Below are positions 14,305-24,245 of a stretch of 32,000 nucleotides of DNA, piece by piece. Positions within the stretch are counted from its first letter, which is position 1. Each line of letters starts with the position of its first letter. Source of the stretch: Candidatus Iainarchaeum sp. (GTDB taxonomy: Archaea > Iainarchaeota > Iainarchaeia > Iainarchaeales > CSSED10-239); contig JAQVTI010000011.1 of NCBI GenBank assembly GCA_028700115.1, positions 1 to 32,000 on the forward strand, in the 5' to 3' direction. The notes under the pieces are model-generated. The model worked only from the letters and a program-made list of their open reading frames with translations. It made no database searches and was not told the origin of the DNA. Both the position numbers and the translations under genes were made by a program.

Positions 14305-17300
14305 CTATTTTTTAAAATAAGATTCTTTTTTTTGTATAATATAAAAAGCACCAATAATTATAAATATATATAAAATTAACATCAAATTAGATTGTGGGCT
14401 TAAAGGTATATTAAAACCACTTGATTCACTTCCTGAATTTCCCCCTATATTTATATTCATAGGGTTTTGAGAAGTTGTACCTACAACTTTTCCATCTTCT
14501 CCTACTTGAAACATCATTCCGTCTTTAAAATCTGGATTAAATGGAATTAAATGTCCATTTTCTGTATACCAATTACCTGTGCTTGGATCATACCAAAAAG
14601 AACCATTTTTTCCTTGAGCAGAAAGTAAAGTTTCAAGTTCATCATTATATTGTAATCTTGGAACACCATCTTCTGCACTAAATTCAAAATTATGCTCTTT
14701 TCCATCTGCAGTTTTTATTATCATTCCATCTGGTGTTTCAATAATTTCATCAATTGCCTGATCAGTAATTATTTGTCCGGTTTCTTTATCAATTATTTTC
14801 ATCCTTTTTTCACATTCAGGAGGATCTCCTGTATAAAAAATAAATGTCTTTGTAGCTGTGTCGAAAATCTGGAAAGGACCAACATGTTCTAGTGCATCAT
14901 TCATTTCATCAGCTTTATTTTGAGCATCTGCACTATCTTTTTTACCTTTTACATCAAAATCTAATGCAAATTCTTCACAACCAGTTACCTCATTGTTATA
15001 ATTTACAACTTTTGTATCTAAATCTTCAATTTCAGATTGATGCATTGTATAAGTTTGTTCAACCCATAAAATATAACTATTTGTTTCTCCATTATATATC
15101 ATTTGTCCTCTTTCAAATTGAATAGCTATGTTTTGACCAACTCTTACATCTTGGTTATCAATTGGATACATTTTTGTAAATCTTTCTCCACCATAAACAG
15201 TAACTTTTGCAGCATTTCCTTTTGCTGATCTTCTAGGAACTCCTTCTGCTACAATCTCTATATTATTTTCAGATGTTTTTGGCATTATATCATATTGTGT
15301 AGTTGGGTTTGTGATATTTGTTGTTGTTAAAATTTTTGCAGAACCAAGATAATCTGTTAAAGAATTTCCTTGCATTGTAAGTCCTGTTTGTGATTCATAG
15401 TTTAGTTTAAAACAATCTAAAAATCCAACGTTTTCAATAGTTATATTTCCATAAGCATCCATTGTAAACAAAGGAACATTTGTGTCTGGAACTGGTATAT
15501 AACTTAGACTATGAGGAATTACTTTTGCAGGAATTCCTAAGTTAGTTGCAGTAAGTCTTACCCAGTCTTTGTGTTCTGAATCAATTATATTTTTAATAGT
15601 TCCATCTTCTGTTACAATTTCTATTTTTCCTTCATCTTTATCAATAACTAAAGTTTCATTTGTAGATGTATCTGTTAGATGTTCTACACCTTTGTCATTA
15701 TATGCACTTGCTCTACAAGTTGATTTTTCTCCAAGTTCAAAAAAATAAAGCATTCCTTTAACAGAAGCTGAAGTGTTTCCTATAGTTTCAAATCTAGATT
15801 GAACAATTGGGTTGTCTTTTATTTTTGTTTCTGCAAAATTTTCAACTTCTTTTGCAGCTTCACTTAAATTTTCTTTTAAAGTAGTTCCATCTGCCATGTT
15901 TGAAATATTTTTTTGAATTGCAGAAGCTCCGTTTGAAATTGCATCTCCTATTTTATTTTTAGGATCTTTTTCTATTCTTTCTTCTTCATTTTTAGAAACA
16001 AAAACATGTGTATAATAACCTTCTTCATCATCTACACAGTCTTGAACTTGTGGTGTGATTAATGTTTGAGGAATTAAATCTCCTAGAATAACTCCAAGAA
16101 TCATTCTGTGGCTTGGAGCAGAAATTGCATAATAAGCTAAATTACTTGTGATTGCAGAAACCATTCCTGCTCTGTAACTTTTTCCTGTCCATTTAGTTGT
16201 CCAACCAATAGGAACACCAATTAATTCAAGTTCATCTATTCTTTGGGAACATGTATCTCCATTATTTTTTGCATCAGTTAAAACTACTGTTTTATCATCA
16301 GTTTCTCCTGAGATTGATCCACCATAATCTGTATGATGAGAAAATGTAATTAAAGTTTTTCCTTCATCTTCTAGATTTTCTTCAGTTGTGTTTTCTAGTA
16401 AGTATGTAGGTACTGTAATTCCACCTGGAATACTATAAATTATTTGCATATCTTTAATAGGTTCTTGAGAAGAAACTTCTTCTATAGAAATATCTGTTTC
16501 TTCTAAATTTTCTTTTTGTGTTTCTAAGATCTTTTCTTTTAGAGCTGATTTTTCATAAGTTTGTTTTTCTAAAAGAGAAGAGTTTCCAAGTTTCACATAA
16601 CAATTATCATTACATCCGTAGTTTTCTGCATCTGTAAATAAAGCAACTTCATCAACTGTGCTTCTTCTAATATGTCCTTCTGTAATTTGTTTTATCCAAT
16701 CATCTACTGAATTTGTGAATTTAGAATCTACACTTTCAATTCCAAGTTTAGTCAAAGAAACCAAATAAAATAACATACTATTAAAATATTTTGAAAATAA
16801 ATCACCTTGATCAGAACCATCATTTACAAAGTAATCAATATATGCATCTTTGTAAATATCTCCATCTTCTCCGTGATTAATTAAAACTGATGTATATGTT
16901 TCTGGGATTTGATATGCACTATATTTACTTAGAGAATCTCCTATAAAAGGAAGAGATGCACCTGCTGTTTTCCATTCCCAATATGCCCAGTTTAGAGCAT
17001 ACGCATTTAGAGAATTTCCTAAAAGACTCATTGCTTGGTTTGTATGTTTCCCATTAACTGGAGCTTTCATTTGTTGGTTTATCCAGTTTATTCCTTTTCC
17101 AGAAACCCAGCCTTTATTGTTCATTACATCCATCATAGATGTATTTACTATACTTGCATCTTTAACCATTTTAGTTCCATCAGCAACATATGAATATGCA
17201 AGTTCAATTGGATCATATCCAAAATCTTTTGCATCTAATGGAGTTTCTTTTACTGGATACCATTTAAAATTTGCAAAACTTGGATCAACATCATCTAATT

Positions 17301-19296
17301 TAAAATCAGTTGCTTTTACTTGTTTCATTATTCCAGATTTATCTTGATATCCTATATAAATATTAGGGTTATTTGTATATTTGGAAAGATCTATTCTTTC
17401 TAAATATTCTCCCTTTGCCATATTAATTTCTTCTCTATAAACTGGTATTTTTTGTATTTTTCTAGTAACTCCATCAGAAAAAGTTACATCTACAGTTTCA
17501 GTTTTAACTGTTTTTGCACCCATTTCATACATACCTTTATCAGAATTATATTTAATTTCAAAAGCCTTATTTCCTCCACCAATATCTGTTATCTGTGAAG
17601 AGCTTGCTCCTGTTGTTGGTTGAACTTTGTTTGTCATAACAAGTTCTGTTTTTCCTGTAGTTGGATCTTTATAAAGTGTTTTTCTAGAAGTAATTATTGG
17701 ATTTTCATTTAAAGGTTTATCCCATTTAACAGCACTTTCTGTTAAATCATCAATTCTATTTGTTAAGTTTCTAACTTCTGTTGTTTGTTTCATTATAATA
17801 TCATAATCTGCACTTGAAAGATTTTTATAAATATCTCCTGCTTTAGAGTTTGGGTCTTCAATAATTTCTACTAATTTTTTTACAGCAGTATCATAATCTT
17901 TATTTTTTATTAAAGACTCTTGTATTGCTTGAGTCATTTTTAAATTATCTTGATATTTTTGTGCACTTTCAAATAAAACTCTTCTTTGTTGTTTTGTAAG
18001 TTTATCAAATTTTCCACCTTTTGAAAATTCTTTTGCAATTGTGTCTATATTTTTCTTTGAACTTAAAGCATTTGTATATGCTTTATATTCATCATATATA
18101 CCATATTGATCAACAACTTGTCTTATTTCTTTTTGAGTTGTTTTTAAATAACTTGTATAATTATCAATATTTTTTGAAGCATTTTTAAACTCAATTGATC
18201 TAGTTAAAGCCTTTAGAGGGTTGTCTCCTTCTGAAAGCATATTGTCAATAAATCCACCTTTTTTTGCATTTATCTTTTTAGAAATATCAAAACCTAATCT
18301 ATTTTTAGAAAAATTTCCAATATCCCCAAAAATCTTAGTTGCACCTTTCCATAAGAAAGGAGATGCTGAAGAAACAACTAAGTCTGCAGAGAAATATTGA
18401 TTAAACATTTTATCAAATAAAGAATAAACATTAATATAACAATTTTCACCTTGACAAGTAGTTTCCATACTTGCATTAAATGTTTGTGTTTTTATACTAT
18501 TTTCAATTGCATTTTCTAAAAGAACTTGAGATTTTTTCATTTCAAACTCAGTTGCATTTTCATCAAATTGAATACTTTTAATATATTCTAATTGTTCATA
18601 TGACATTTCAGAAAATATACCCATATCTTCACTAATTTCAAAATCTGCTTCTGGGTTTATTATATCTCCTGCTTCTTCTTTAATCTTATTAATACCTATC
18701 ATATCAAGCATATCTTTTCCAACAGATACAAATTCATCTTTAAAACCATTATTACCATTTTCTCTAAAAAGACCAACTTCTTCTAAATAACAAGGTTCAT
18801 TTTCATCTCCACTACATCTTCCAACTCTTAGAGTGTTTTCTAAATTTATACCATATGAAAAAGGGCCATAACATGCTTGACCTAAAAGTGCAGGCACTTC
18901 TAGAGGGTTAATTTCTTGATTTGGCATTTCTTGTTGCAGCACAACATCATTTGCCTTTGTGTCTTTATTTGTAAGTAATAAATCATTTTCTTCTAAAGTA
19001 TCTCTGTTTGTGTTTTCTTTTTGATCAGAACCAACTAAGTCTACTTTAAATCCAGAAACTAAAAGTTCATCCCATAATCTTTCTACACTTTCAGAATCTA
19101 GTTCTTGAGTAAAACACCCAGATCCAAAATCATCAATATTATTTATTTCTTCTAGATTAATAGAACAAGTTGAGTATAAAGTTTTATTTTCTTCTAATCT
19201 TGTTATATCTACATTAAATGCAAAAACTGAGTTTATAAACATTAAAAGAAAGAAAAAACTTATTAAATTAAAATATATTTTATTTTTATCAAGCAT
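14305..19296 (-). CDS. 1663-aa secreted giant surface protein with an N-terminal signal peptide and a C-terminal TM anchor; no recognisable domain
   Basis: The signal peptide is IYFNLISFFFLLMFINSVFA. The C-terminus is ..GGNSGSESSGFNIPLSPQSNLMLILYIFIIIGAFYIIQKKESYFKK. The sequence is non-repetitive, with many cysteines that often occur in close pairs. Confidence 0.9.
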   Translation of the reverse strand: MLDKNKIYFNLISFFFLLMFINSVFAFNVDITRLEENKTLYSTCSINLEEINNIDDFGSGCFTQELDSESVERLWDELLVSGFKVDLVGSDQKENTNRDTLEENDLLLTNKDTKANDVVLQQEMPNQEINPLEVPALLGQACYGPFSYGINLENTLRVGRCSGDENEPCYLEEVGLFRENGNNGFKDEFVSVGKDMLDMIGINKIKEEAGDIINPEADFEISEDMGIFSEMSYEQLEYIKSIQFDENATEFEMKKSQVLLENAIENSIKTQTFNASMETTCQGENCYINVYSLFDKMFNQYFSADLVVSSASPFLWKGATKIFGDIGNFSKNRLGFDISKKINAKKGGFIDNMLSEGDNPLKALTRSIEFKNASKNIDNYTSYLKTTQKEIRQVVDQYGIYDEYKAYTNALSSKKNIDTIAKEFSKGGKFDKLTKQQRRVLFESAQKYQDNLKMTQAIQESLIKNKDYDTAVKKLVEIIEDPNSKAGDIYKNLSSADYDIIMKQTTEVRNLTNRIDDLTESAVKWDKPLNENPIITSRKTLYKDPTTGKTELVMTNKVQPTTGASSSQITDIGGGNKAFEIKYNSDKGMYEMGAKTVKTETVDVTFSDGVTRKIQKIPVYREEINMAKGEYLERIDLSKYTNNPNIYIGYQDKSGIMKQVKATDFKLDDVDPSFANFKWYPVKETPLDAKDFGYDPIELAYSYVADGTKMVKDASIVNTSMMDVMNNKGWVSGKGINWINQQMKAPVNGKHTNQAMSLLGNSLNAYALNWAYWEWKTAGASLPFIGDSLSKYSAYQIPETYTSVLINHGEDGDIYKDAYIDYFVNDGSDQGDLFSKYFNSMLFYLVSLTKLGIESVDSKFTNSVDDWIKQITEGHIRRSTVDEVALFTDAENYGCNDNCYVKLGNSSLLEKQTYEKSALKEKILETQKENLEETDISIEEVSSQEPIKDMQIIYSIPGGITVPTYLLENTTEENLEDEGKTLITFSHHTDYGGSISGETDDKTVVLTDAKNNGDTCSQRIDELELIGVPIGWTTKWTGKSYRAGMVSAITSNLAYYAISAPSHRMILGVILGDLIPQTLITPQVQDCVDDEEGYYTHVFVSKNEEERIEKDPKNKIGDAISNGASAIQKNISNMADGTTLKENLSEAAKEVENFAETKIKDNPIVQSRFETIGNTSASVKGMLYFFELGEKSTCRASAYNDKGVEHLTDTSTNETLVIDKDEGKIEIVTEDGTIKNIIDSEHKDWVRLTATNLGIPAKVIPHSLSYIPVPDTNVPLFTMDAYGNITIENVGFLDCFKLNYESQTGLTMQGNSLTDYLGSAKILTTTNITNPTTQYDIMPKTSENNIEIVAEGVPRRSAKGNAAKVTVYGGERFTKMYPIDNQDVRVGQNIAIQFERGQMIYNGETNSYILWVEQTYTMHQSEIEDLDTKVVNYNNEVTGCEEFALDFDVKGKKDSADAQNKADEMNDALEHVGPFQIFDTATKTFIFYTGDPPECEKRMKIIDKETGQIITDQAIDEIIETPDGMIIKTADGKEHNFEFSAEDGVPRLQYNDELETLLSAQGKNGSFWYDPSTGNWYTENGHLIPFNPDFKDGMMFQVGEDGKVVGTTSQNPMNINIGGNSGSESSGFNIPLSPQSNLMLILYIFIIIGAFYIIQKKESYFKK

Positions 19297-19316
19297 ATTT
19301 ATTACCTATTTAATTT

Positions 19317-19808
19317 TCATACAAAAATTATAAACAATATCATAGCGATTAATTTTGGAAAAATTATATTTATTATAATTAATATTAGACAAGCAATTGA
19401 AGTTGAAAATAATAATGGTAAAAAATTAATTTCTTTTTTAGACTTATTAAACTTATCATAAAATAAACTTATAATAAATGCAAATACTAGTAAAATACCT
19501 GCAATTAATATATTTGTTATAATTAATCTAAACAAATGTAATATTATAAAAAACAAACCTTCAAAGAAAGTATATTGAAAATCAATTGAAATTGTTGGAA
19601 TAAAATAAATTCCTAGAATTATTACTAATGAAACTAAATAAATAGTTACAAACATAGAAATTAAAAAACTTTTTTTCTTATTTATTTTTTTAAATAAAAA
19701 TTTAAATAAGTATACAAAAAGAATTATTGGTAAAGAAATTAATACACTAACTCCATATAGTTTTATAAAAAACCAAATATAATTAAATATTGTAGAAAGT
19801 ATATTCAT
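19317..19808 (-). CDS. 163-aa polytopic membrane protein (about 5 TM), immediately upstream of the giant gene
   Basis: Almost entirely hydrophobic helices. A 20-nt gap separates it from the giant ORF on the same strand. Confidence 0.7.
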   Translation of the reverse strand: MNILSTIFNYIWFFIKLYGVSVLISLPIILFVYLFKFLFKKINKKKSFLISMFVTIYLVSLVIILGIYFIPTISIDFQYTFFEGLFFIILHLFRLIITNILIAGILLVFAFIISLFYDKFNKSKKEINFLPLLFSTSIACLILIIINIIFPKLIAMILFIIFV

Positions 19809-19948
19809 AGTTTATCTTTTTAATTTATATTTTCTTAAATTTAAAATATATATTTTGTGTAAAATATATTTATATATATAAATTGAAACATTTATAAGCA
19901 TTATTATCTAAATATATTTGTAATTTTTATTAAAATATATATATAGGT

Positions 19949-20701
19949 ATGGAATTTATGAATAAATCTGATATTATTAGAAGAGAGAGAAGACACTATA
20001 GAAGATATGTAAATGGAAATATAGTGTATGAACCAGCTCCTGTTGATGGGCATAAAGAAAGTACTTATGATAATAAGTTTAAAAATAATTATAAAATGAA
20101 AAAAGAAGAAGGAAGAATTACAAGTCTTGCTGAATTAGCTGATGAAAATATAAAAACAAAGTTTCCTAAAAAAGATCAAGTTATTGAAAAAACTTTACAT
20201 GAATTATCAGATATGATAAATCCTGATTCTTCAGAAATTGCAGATGCTTTATATAATCAATTTAAGAATACTGCATTAAATATTAAACAACAAGAAATAA
20301 AAAAAGCAATTGATAATAATAAACATTTTAGAGCAAGTAGTGATCAAAATAAAAATTTAGAAATAAAAGATATAAAAGCAGTTGTTGAAGATGTTTATGT
20401 TCAAGTTGAAAAAGAAGCAATCAAGAATAAGTCTATAGAAAAGGATAAAAGTGATGTAAAAGAAGCAATCACAAAAGAAATTTCTAAAGATAAAAATAAA
20501 TCTTTTAAAAAAGAAGAACCAAAAGAAGAAAAAACTTCTATAAGATCTAGAAAAAAATCTATAGAAAAAGAAGAAGTTAAAGAAATTAAACCTTCTAAGA
20601 AAAAAGAAAAAGTTTCTGGAAATGATCTTTTTGGTGATAATGATTTAGATTTAGATGATAATGATTTAGATTCTGATGATGATTTAGGACTTAAATTTTA
20701 A
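19949..20701 (+). CDS. 250-aa K/E-rich, probably disordered protein with a strongly acidic C-terminal tail
   Basis: It has an Arg-rich N-terminus (IIRRERRHYRRY), long KE-rich tracts and the tail ..GNDLFGDNDLDLDDNDLDSDDDLGLKF. Confidence 0.6.
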   Translation: MEFMNKSDIIRRERRHYRRYVNGNIVYEPAPVDGHKESTYDNKFKNNYKMKKEEGRITSLAELADENIKTKFPKKDQVIEKTLHELSDMINPDSSEIADALYNQFKNTALNIKQQEIKKAIDNNKHFRASSDQNKNLEIKDIKAVVEDVYVQVEKEAIKNKSIEKDKSDVKEAITKEISKDKNKSFKKEEPKEEKTSIRSRKKSIEKEEVKEIKPSKKKEKVSGNDLFGDNDLDLDDNDLDSDDDLGLKF

Positions 20702-20720
20702 TTTTATAAAAATTAAAAAA

Positions 20721-21506
20721 TTAATCATTATAAATTTTACAATTTAATTTTTCTAATTCTTTTTGAGCTATGCTTTTATTAGCTGGCCAAATTGCAAAAG
20801 TTGAAGTTATTTCTAATTCAGTTTCATCTCTACCTTCTTTTGCAGTAAAAGTTAAAGGAACAGAAGAAGCATGTATATCATTTGCTTTTGAAATAACTTC
20901 TCTTATATCATTATAATTTAAAGGATCGCATAAATAATATTTTGAAAGACCCATATTTATATCATTTAATTTATAGGTTTTATTAGAATCATTTTCTGAG
21001 TTTTCAAAATCAGTTATTTTTAACATAATATATTCAAATTTTTGATCATTTGTATTATATAAATAAAAAGTAAAATCATAACTAGGAAGAGGCATCATAA
21101 CTGATTTTATTGTGTGAAATAAATTATATTTTGCAATATCATCAGGATTTGACACATCTGGATTTGGAATATCTTCATCTATTGGATTAAACATATAATT
21201 TAAATCACCAGAACCTATATGTTTATCAGGATAAAAATCTGTTTTTACTGCTGTCATTAGATAATCAATTTCTTCACTTTCAAATATGTTTTTATTATAA
21301 TCTAAAGGAATTTCTGAATAAAATATAGTTTTTAAAGCAGAATTTGAATATTCTTTAAAATATAAATTATTTATTGCAAGATCTACTCTATCTCCATAGC
21401 TTGCTGAATATTTAAAAAGCATTACAGTTAGAACTATAATTATTGTTAAGAAAAATAAAGCATCTGTAATTGCAGCTTGTGCTTTTTGTCTTTTTAATTT
21501 ATTCAT
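20721..21506 (-). CDS. pilin-like protein with class III signal peptide (261 aa)
   Basis: The N-terminus is MNKLKRQKAQAAITDALFFLTIIIVLTVMLF. It is the last gene of the pilus-like operon. Confidence 0.75.
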   Translation of the reverse strand: MNKLKRQKAQAAITDALFFLTIIIVLTVMLFKYSASYGDRVDLAINNLYFKEYSNSALKTIFYSEIPLDYNKNIFESEEIDYLMTAVKTDFYPDKHIGSGDLNYMFNPIDEDIPNPDVSNPDDIAKYNLFHTIKSVMMPLPSYDFTFYLYNTNDQKFEYIMLKITDFENSENDSNKTYKLNDINMGLSKYYLCDPLNYNDIREVISKANDIHASSVPLTFTAKEGRDETELEITSTFAIWPANKSIAQKELEKLNCKIYND

Positions 21507-21529
21507 ATTTTTTCAAAATTTATTTTTAT

Positions 21530-22087
21530 TTATTCCCATACAGCAACATATAGCCTTACAGGAACTGCATGATATTCTATTTGTAAATTAATAGGGTAAA
21601 CATAAACTAAGACTTTATGTTTTTCATCTTGGGTTTTTACTTTTGTTTTAAATTTATCTAAATTTTTAGAAGTATTTGGACAGTAAAATATATTTTGTTC
21701 TGAATTTGGATCATATATATTTTCATCTAGAACAATTATTTGTGTATTATCTTCATCATTTGTTAATAGAAATTCTAAATCTACCTCATTGTAATTATCT
21801 AAATCTTGGGGTAGGTCTATTAAAAAGGCAGTCCAGTTTCTGTTTGTGTTTACTTTATTACATATGTTTGTAAAATGATTATAATCTATTATAACTGGTT
21901 CTGATCTTAAAGTCATAGAAATATCTATTGCATCTTGATGTAAATCAAAGTTTTGAGTTTCTGTTTTATAATTATTATATGTGCTTAAAAATACTGAAAA
22001 AAAAATTAATAGACCTATGAATATAGGTATTAGACTTGGAAGATCATCCCCTATTGCACCAATATAACCTTTTTGTTTTTTTTTCAT
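21530..22087 (-). CDS. pilin-like protein with class III signal peptide (about 185 aa)
   Basis: The start is preferred at MKKKQKGYIGAIGDDLPSLIPIFIGLLIFF (ATG 22087), which overlaps the upstream gene's end by 9 nt. Confidence 0.7.
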   Translation of the reverse strand: MKKKQKGYIGAIGDDLPSLIPIFIGLLIFFSVFLSTYNNYKTETQNFDLHQDAIDISMTLRSEPVIIDYNHFTNICNKVNTNRNWTAFLIDLPQDLDNYNEVDLEFLLTNDEDNTQIIVLDENIYDPNSEQNIFYCPNTSKNLDKFKTKVKTQDEKHKVLVYVYPINLQIEYHAVPVRLYVAVWE

Positions 22088-22094
22088 ATTTAAT

Positions 22095-22763
22095 CTAACC
22101 ATTATTAGGTTCATTATATTCATTTATACAAATATCTACAGACTTACAACTTACATCTTCAAACATAGAATCATCGCAAACTATCTTTTTACATGTAAGA
22201 ATACCATTTTGTTTTGCACAAGGCAATATATAATAATTGTCTTGTCCTTCTATTTTATTTTTGATTAGAATAAGAGTAGAATCATTACTTTTTACTCTTA
22301 ATGTATCATATATTCCATAATCTTGTTTAGAACTCCAATTACTACTATTATCATATGGATGCTCTGCATTATAAAAGGTAAAATCTCCATTAAAATCTAT
22401 ATCATATGCACCATATATTTTATCTTGTTTTTGATTTAAAATAGATATGACTAGTTTTTTATTATAATTATTTTCTGGATTTTCTTTTTCAAGTTCCATA
22501 ATATTTAGGACATATGCTTTGTTAAATGTAGTAGTTGAGCTTTGTCCACTTTTAATTCTTGTTGGGATATCTATATATTTGATAGAGCAATAACTCTCAC
22601 TATCTGTAATTAATTTAATATCTCTACCTATATTATAAGCTAATTCATAACTTTGTCTAGTTTGTAGATTTGAATTTACTGTATTCATAAAAAAAAGAAT
22701 AATTGCAGCAATTGCTGTTGCAAATAAAAGCATATTAAGTTTTGATAAAGCAAATTCAAACAT
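22095..22763 (-). CDS. pilin-like protein lacking a charged leader (222 aa, Cys-rich C-terminus)
   Basis: MFEFALSKLNMLLFATAIAAIILFF begins directly with the hydrophobic segment. Seven Cys are present, six of them in the last 40 residues. Confidence 0.65.
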   Translation of the reverse strand: MFEFALSKLNMLLFATAIAAIILFFMNTVNSNLQTRQSYELAYNIGRDIKLITDSESYCSIKYIDIPTRIKSGQSSTTTFNKAYVLNIMELEKENPENNYNKKLVISILNQKQDKIYGAYDIDFNGDFTFYNAEHPYDNSSNWSSKQDYGIYDTLRVKSNDSTLILIKNKIEGQDNYYILPCAKQNGILTCKKIVCDDSMFEDVSCKSVDICINEYNEPNNG

Positions 22764-22778
22764 TTTTTAATCACTAAT

Positions 22779-23393
22779 TTATTTTTTTCTTAAAAGACAA
22801 ATTTGTATATTACTTGAATTTGTATTTGTCTTTTTAAACATTCTATATTTTCCAGGAGGAAGACCTATTGGAGATCCATCAGATGAATCTTTTGGATTCC
22901 ATACTTGCCATAAATCTTCAGATATTTCATCTTCAGATAAGCATTCATCAGGAGTTGTTGCAAAATTTATAGTTGTTGGAAGATGTGTGCAGATTGGTTC
23001 AATTGGATATTTATAATCAAAAGTATCTTTATCTTCATAAGTATATTCTAATAATAAACAACTATCTCCCCCACCACAATAAGTTCCGCATTTTCCTTTA
23101 TCATCATATGCATTAAGTCTTACATATTCATATCTTTGATTAAAACACGCTTTTGTATCTAAAGATATATTTCTAATTACTAGATCTGAGCCTAAGACAA
23201 CATCTCTTAGAGAAGAATTAAAATTACTAAGTTCTTCTTTTTTATCTCCAAGGCATGTGCTTTGTTGTAAATTTTTAAGAGCATAAGTTCCTGCTAGAAT
23301 AACAAAACCCATAATTATGATTGCAACTAGAAGTTCAAAAGGAGCACCTATTTGTGCTTTTTGTTTATTATATTTTTTTTTAACAAATATCAT
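22779..23393 (-). CDS. Cys-rich pilin-like protein with class III signal peptide (204 aa)
   Basis: The N-terminus is MIFVKKKYNKQKAQIGAPFELLVAIIIMGFVIL. There are eight Cys, including GKCGTYCGGGDSC. Confidence 0.75.
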   Translation of the reverse strand: MIFVKKKYNKQKAQIGAPFELLVAIIIMGFVILAGTYALKNLQQSTCLGDKKEELSNFNSSLRDVVLGSDLVIRNISLDTKACFNQRYEYVRLNAYDDKGKCGTYCGGGDSCLLLEYTYEDKDTFDYKYPIEPICTHLPTTINFATTPDECLSEDEISEDLWQVWNPKDSSDGSPIGLPPGKYRMFKKTNTNSSNIQICLLRKK

Positions 23394-23429
23394 ATTATAA
23401 AGATAGTATAAAGTATTAAAAAAACTTTT

Positions 23430-23481
23430 GTTTTTATTTAGAAAAACAAGAAAAAGAAAATAGTTTAAAATAAACTATTTT
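23430..23481 (-). terminator. AT-rich hairpin plus T-rich tract after the mini-pilin gene
   Basis: aaatagttt (23458-23466) pairs with aaactattt (23472-23480). On the minus strand it is followed by TTTTCTTTTTCTTGTTTTTC. It lies in the 87-nt gap before the next pilin-like gene. Confidence 0.35.
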
Positions 23482-23678
23482 TATTCAGAAGTTACTGTTT
23501 GGTTTGGAAGATTTGCTTTTTGAGAAGACGCTTTTACTGATTTATTAAACATAGGCTTAACTACTGCAATTAGAATAATTGCAATAATTGCAACAATTAT
23601 TATCATAAATATAGAATTTGACTCACCTTGAGCTTTTTCTTCATTTATGAATTTAATAAATTCTTTTTTTAATCTCAT
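23481..23678 (-). CDS. 65-aa mini-pilin (class III signal peptide plus a short tail)
   Basis: MRLKKEFIKFINEEKAQGESNSIFMIIIVAIIAIILIAVVKPMF..; the predicted mature part is only about 49 aa. Confidence 0.7.
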   Translation of the reverse strand: MRLKKEFIKFINEEKAQGESNSIFMIIIVAIIAIILIAVVKPMFNKSVKASSQKANLPNQTVTSE

Positions 23679-23707
23679 ATCTTCTCAAAAACCATTTTTA
23701 ATTAAAT

Positions 23708-24238
23708 CTATATTTTCTTAGGGAAAATTACACAAACTGTGGCATCTGTTTCTCCAAACTCTTCATATGTGTCTAATTCTACTAAATCATAATCATTAAT
23801 AATTTTAATTAGAGAGTTAGAACTATCTGCACATAAAATACCAAATTTAAATTTTGTATTTTCAGAACTTTTCATTTTTAAAGTCTTTCCAGTTGTATAT
23901 GTATCACTAGAACCAATTGCAAAGAAATTATCATTTCCTGCTATGTCAAAATATACTTGATTAGAATCAATTCCAGTTCCTGCAACTATTGAAGATGTTG
24001 AAACAAATTCAGTGTTTTTTGAAGAAACTTTTACTTCGTCTGTATAAGCTAAATTCCCATAATTAGAAACTTGTGTTTTTAGAGTTGTATTAATTGAATC
24101 AGTTACATCTCCACCAATATTTATGTTTTTTGTAATCATTGGAAGAAGTACTCCTAAAATTGCAAGAGCAACAACAGCTGCAATTAATAATTGAAATGTA
24201 GAAAAGGCTTGTCCTTTTTCTTTTAATTTATTAAACAT
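23708..24238 (-). CDS. candidate major pilin with class III signal peptide (176 aa)
   Basis: The N-terminus is MFNKLKEKGQAFSTFQLLIAAVVALAILGVLL. It has the best SD in the locus (AGGAGG, 7 nt upstream) and follows a 110-nt intergenic gap. Confidence 0.8.
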   Translation of the reverse strand: MFNKLKEKGQAFSTFQLLIAAVVALAILGVLLPMITKNINIGGDVTDSINTTLKTQVSNYGNLAYTDEVKVSSKNTEFVSTSSIVAGTGIDSNQVYFDIAGNDNFFAIGSSDTYTTGKTLKMKSSENTKFKFGILCADSSNSLIKIINDYDLVELDTYEEFGETDATVCVIFPKKI

Positions 24239-24245
24239 TTTTTTT

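Noticed and set aside
19317-19808. The 163-aa 5-TM protein upstream of the giant gene as an archaeosortase or rhombosortase for the C-terminal anchor.
   Set aside because: It is about half the size of archaeosortases. Single Cys, Arg and His residues exist, but I cannot see the conserved motifs, so it is kept only as a hypothetical membrane partner.
20620-20701. The acidic tail DDDLGLKF as a mimic of the ribosomal stalk (P1/aP1) C-terminus.
   Set aside because: It shares only a generic acidic-then-hydrophobic pattern. The conserved stalk motif (GxxxLFG or MGFGLFD-type) is not reproduced, and the rest of the protein is unrelated.
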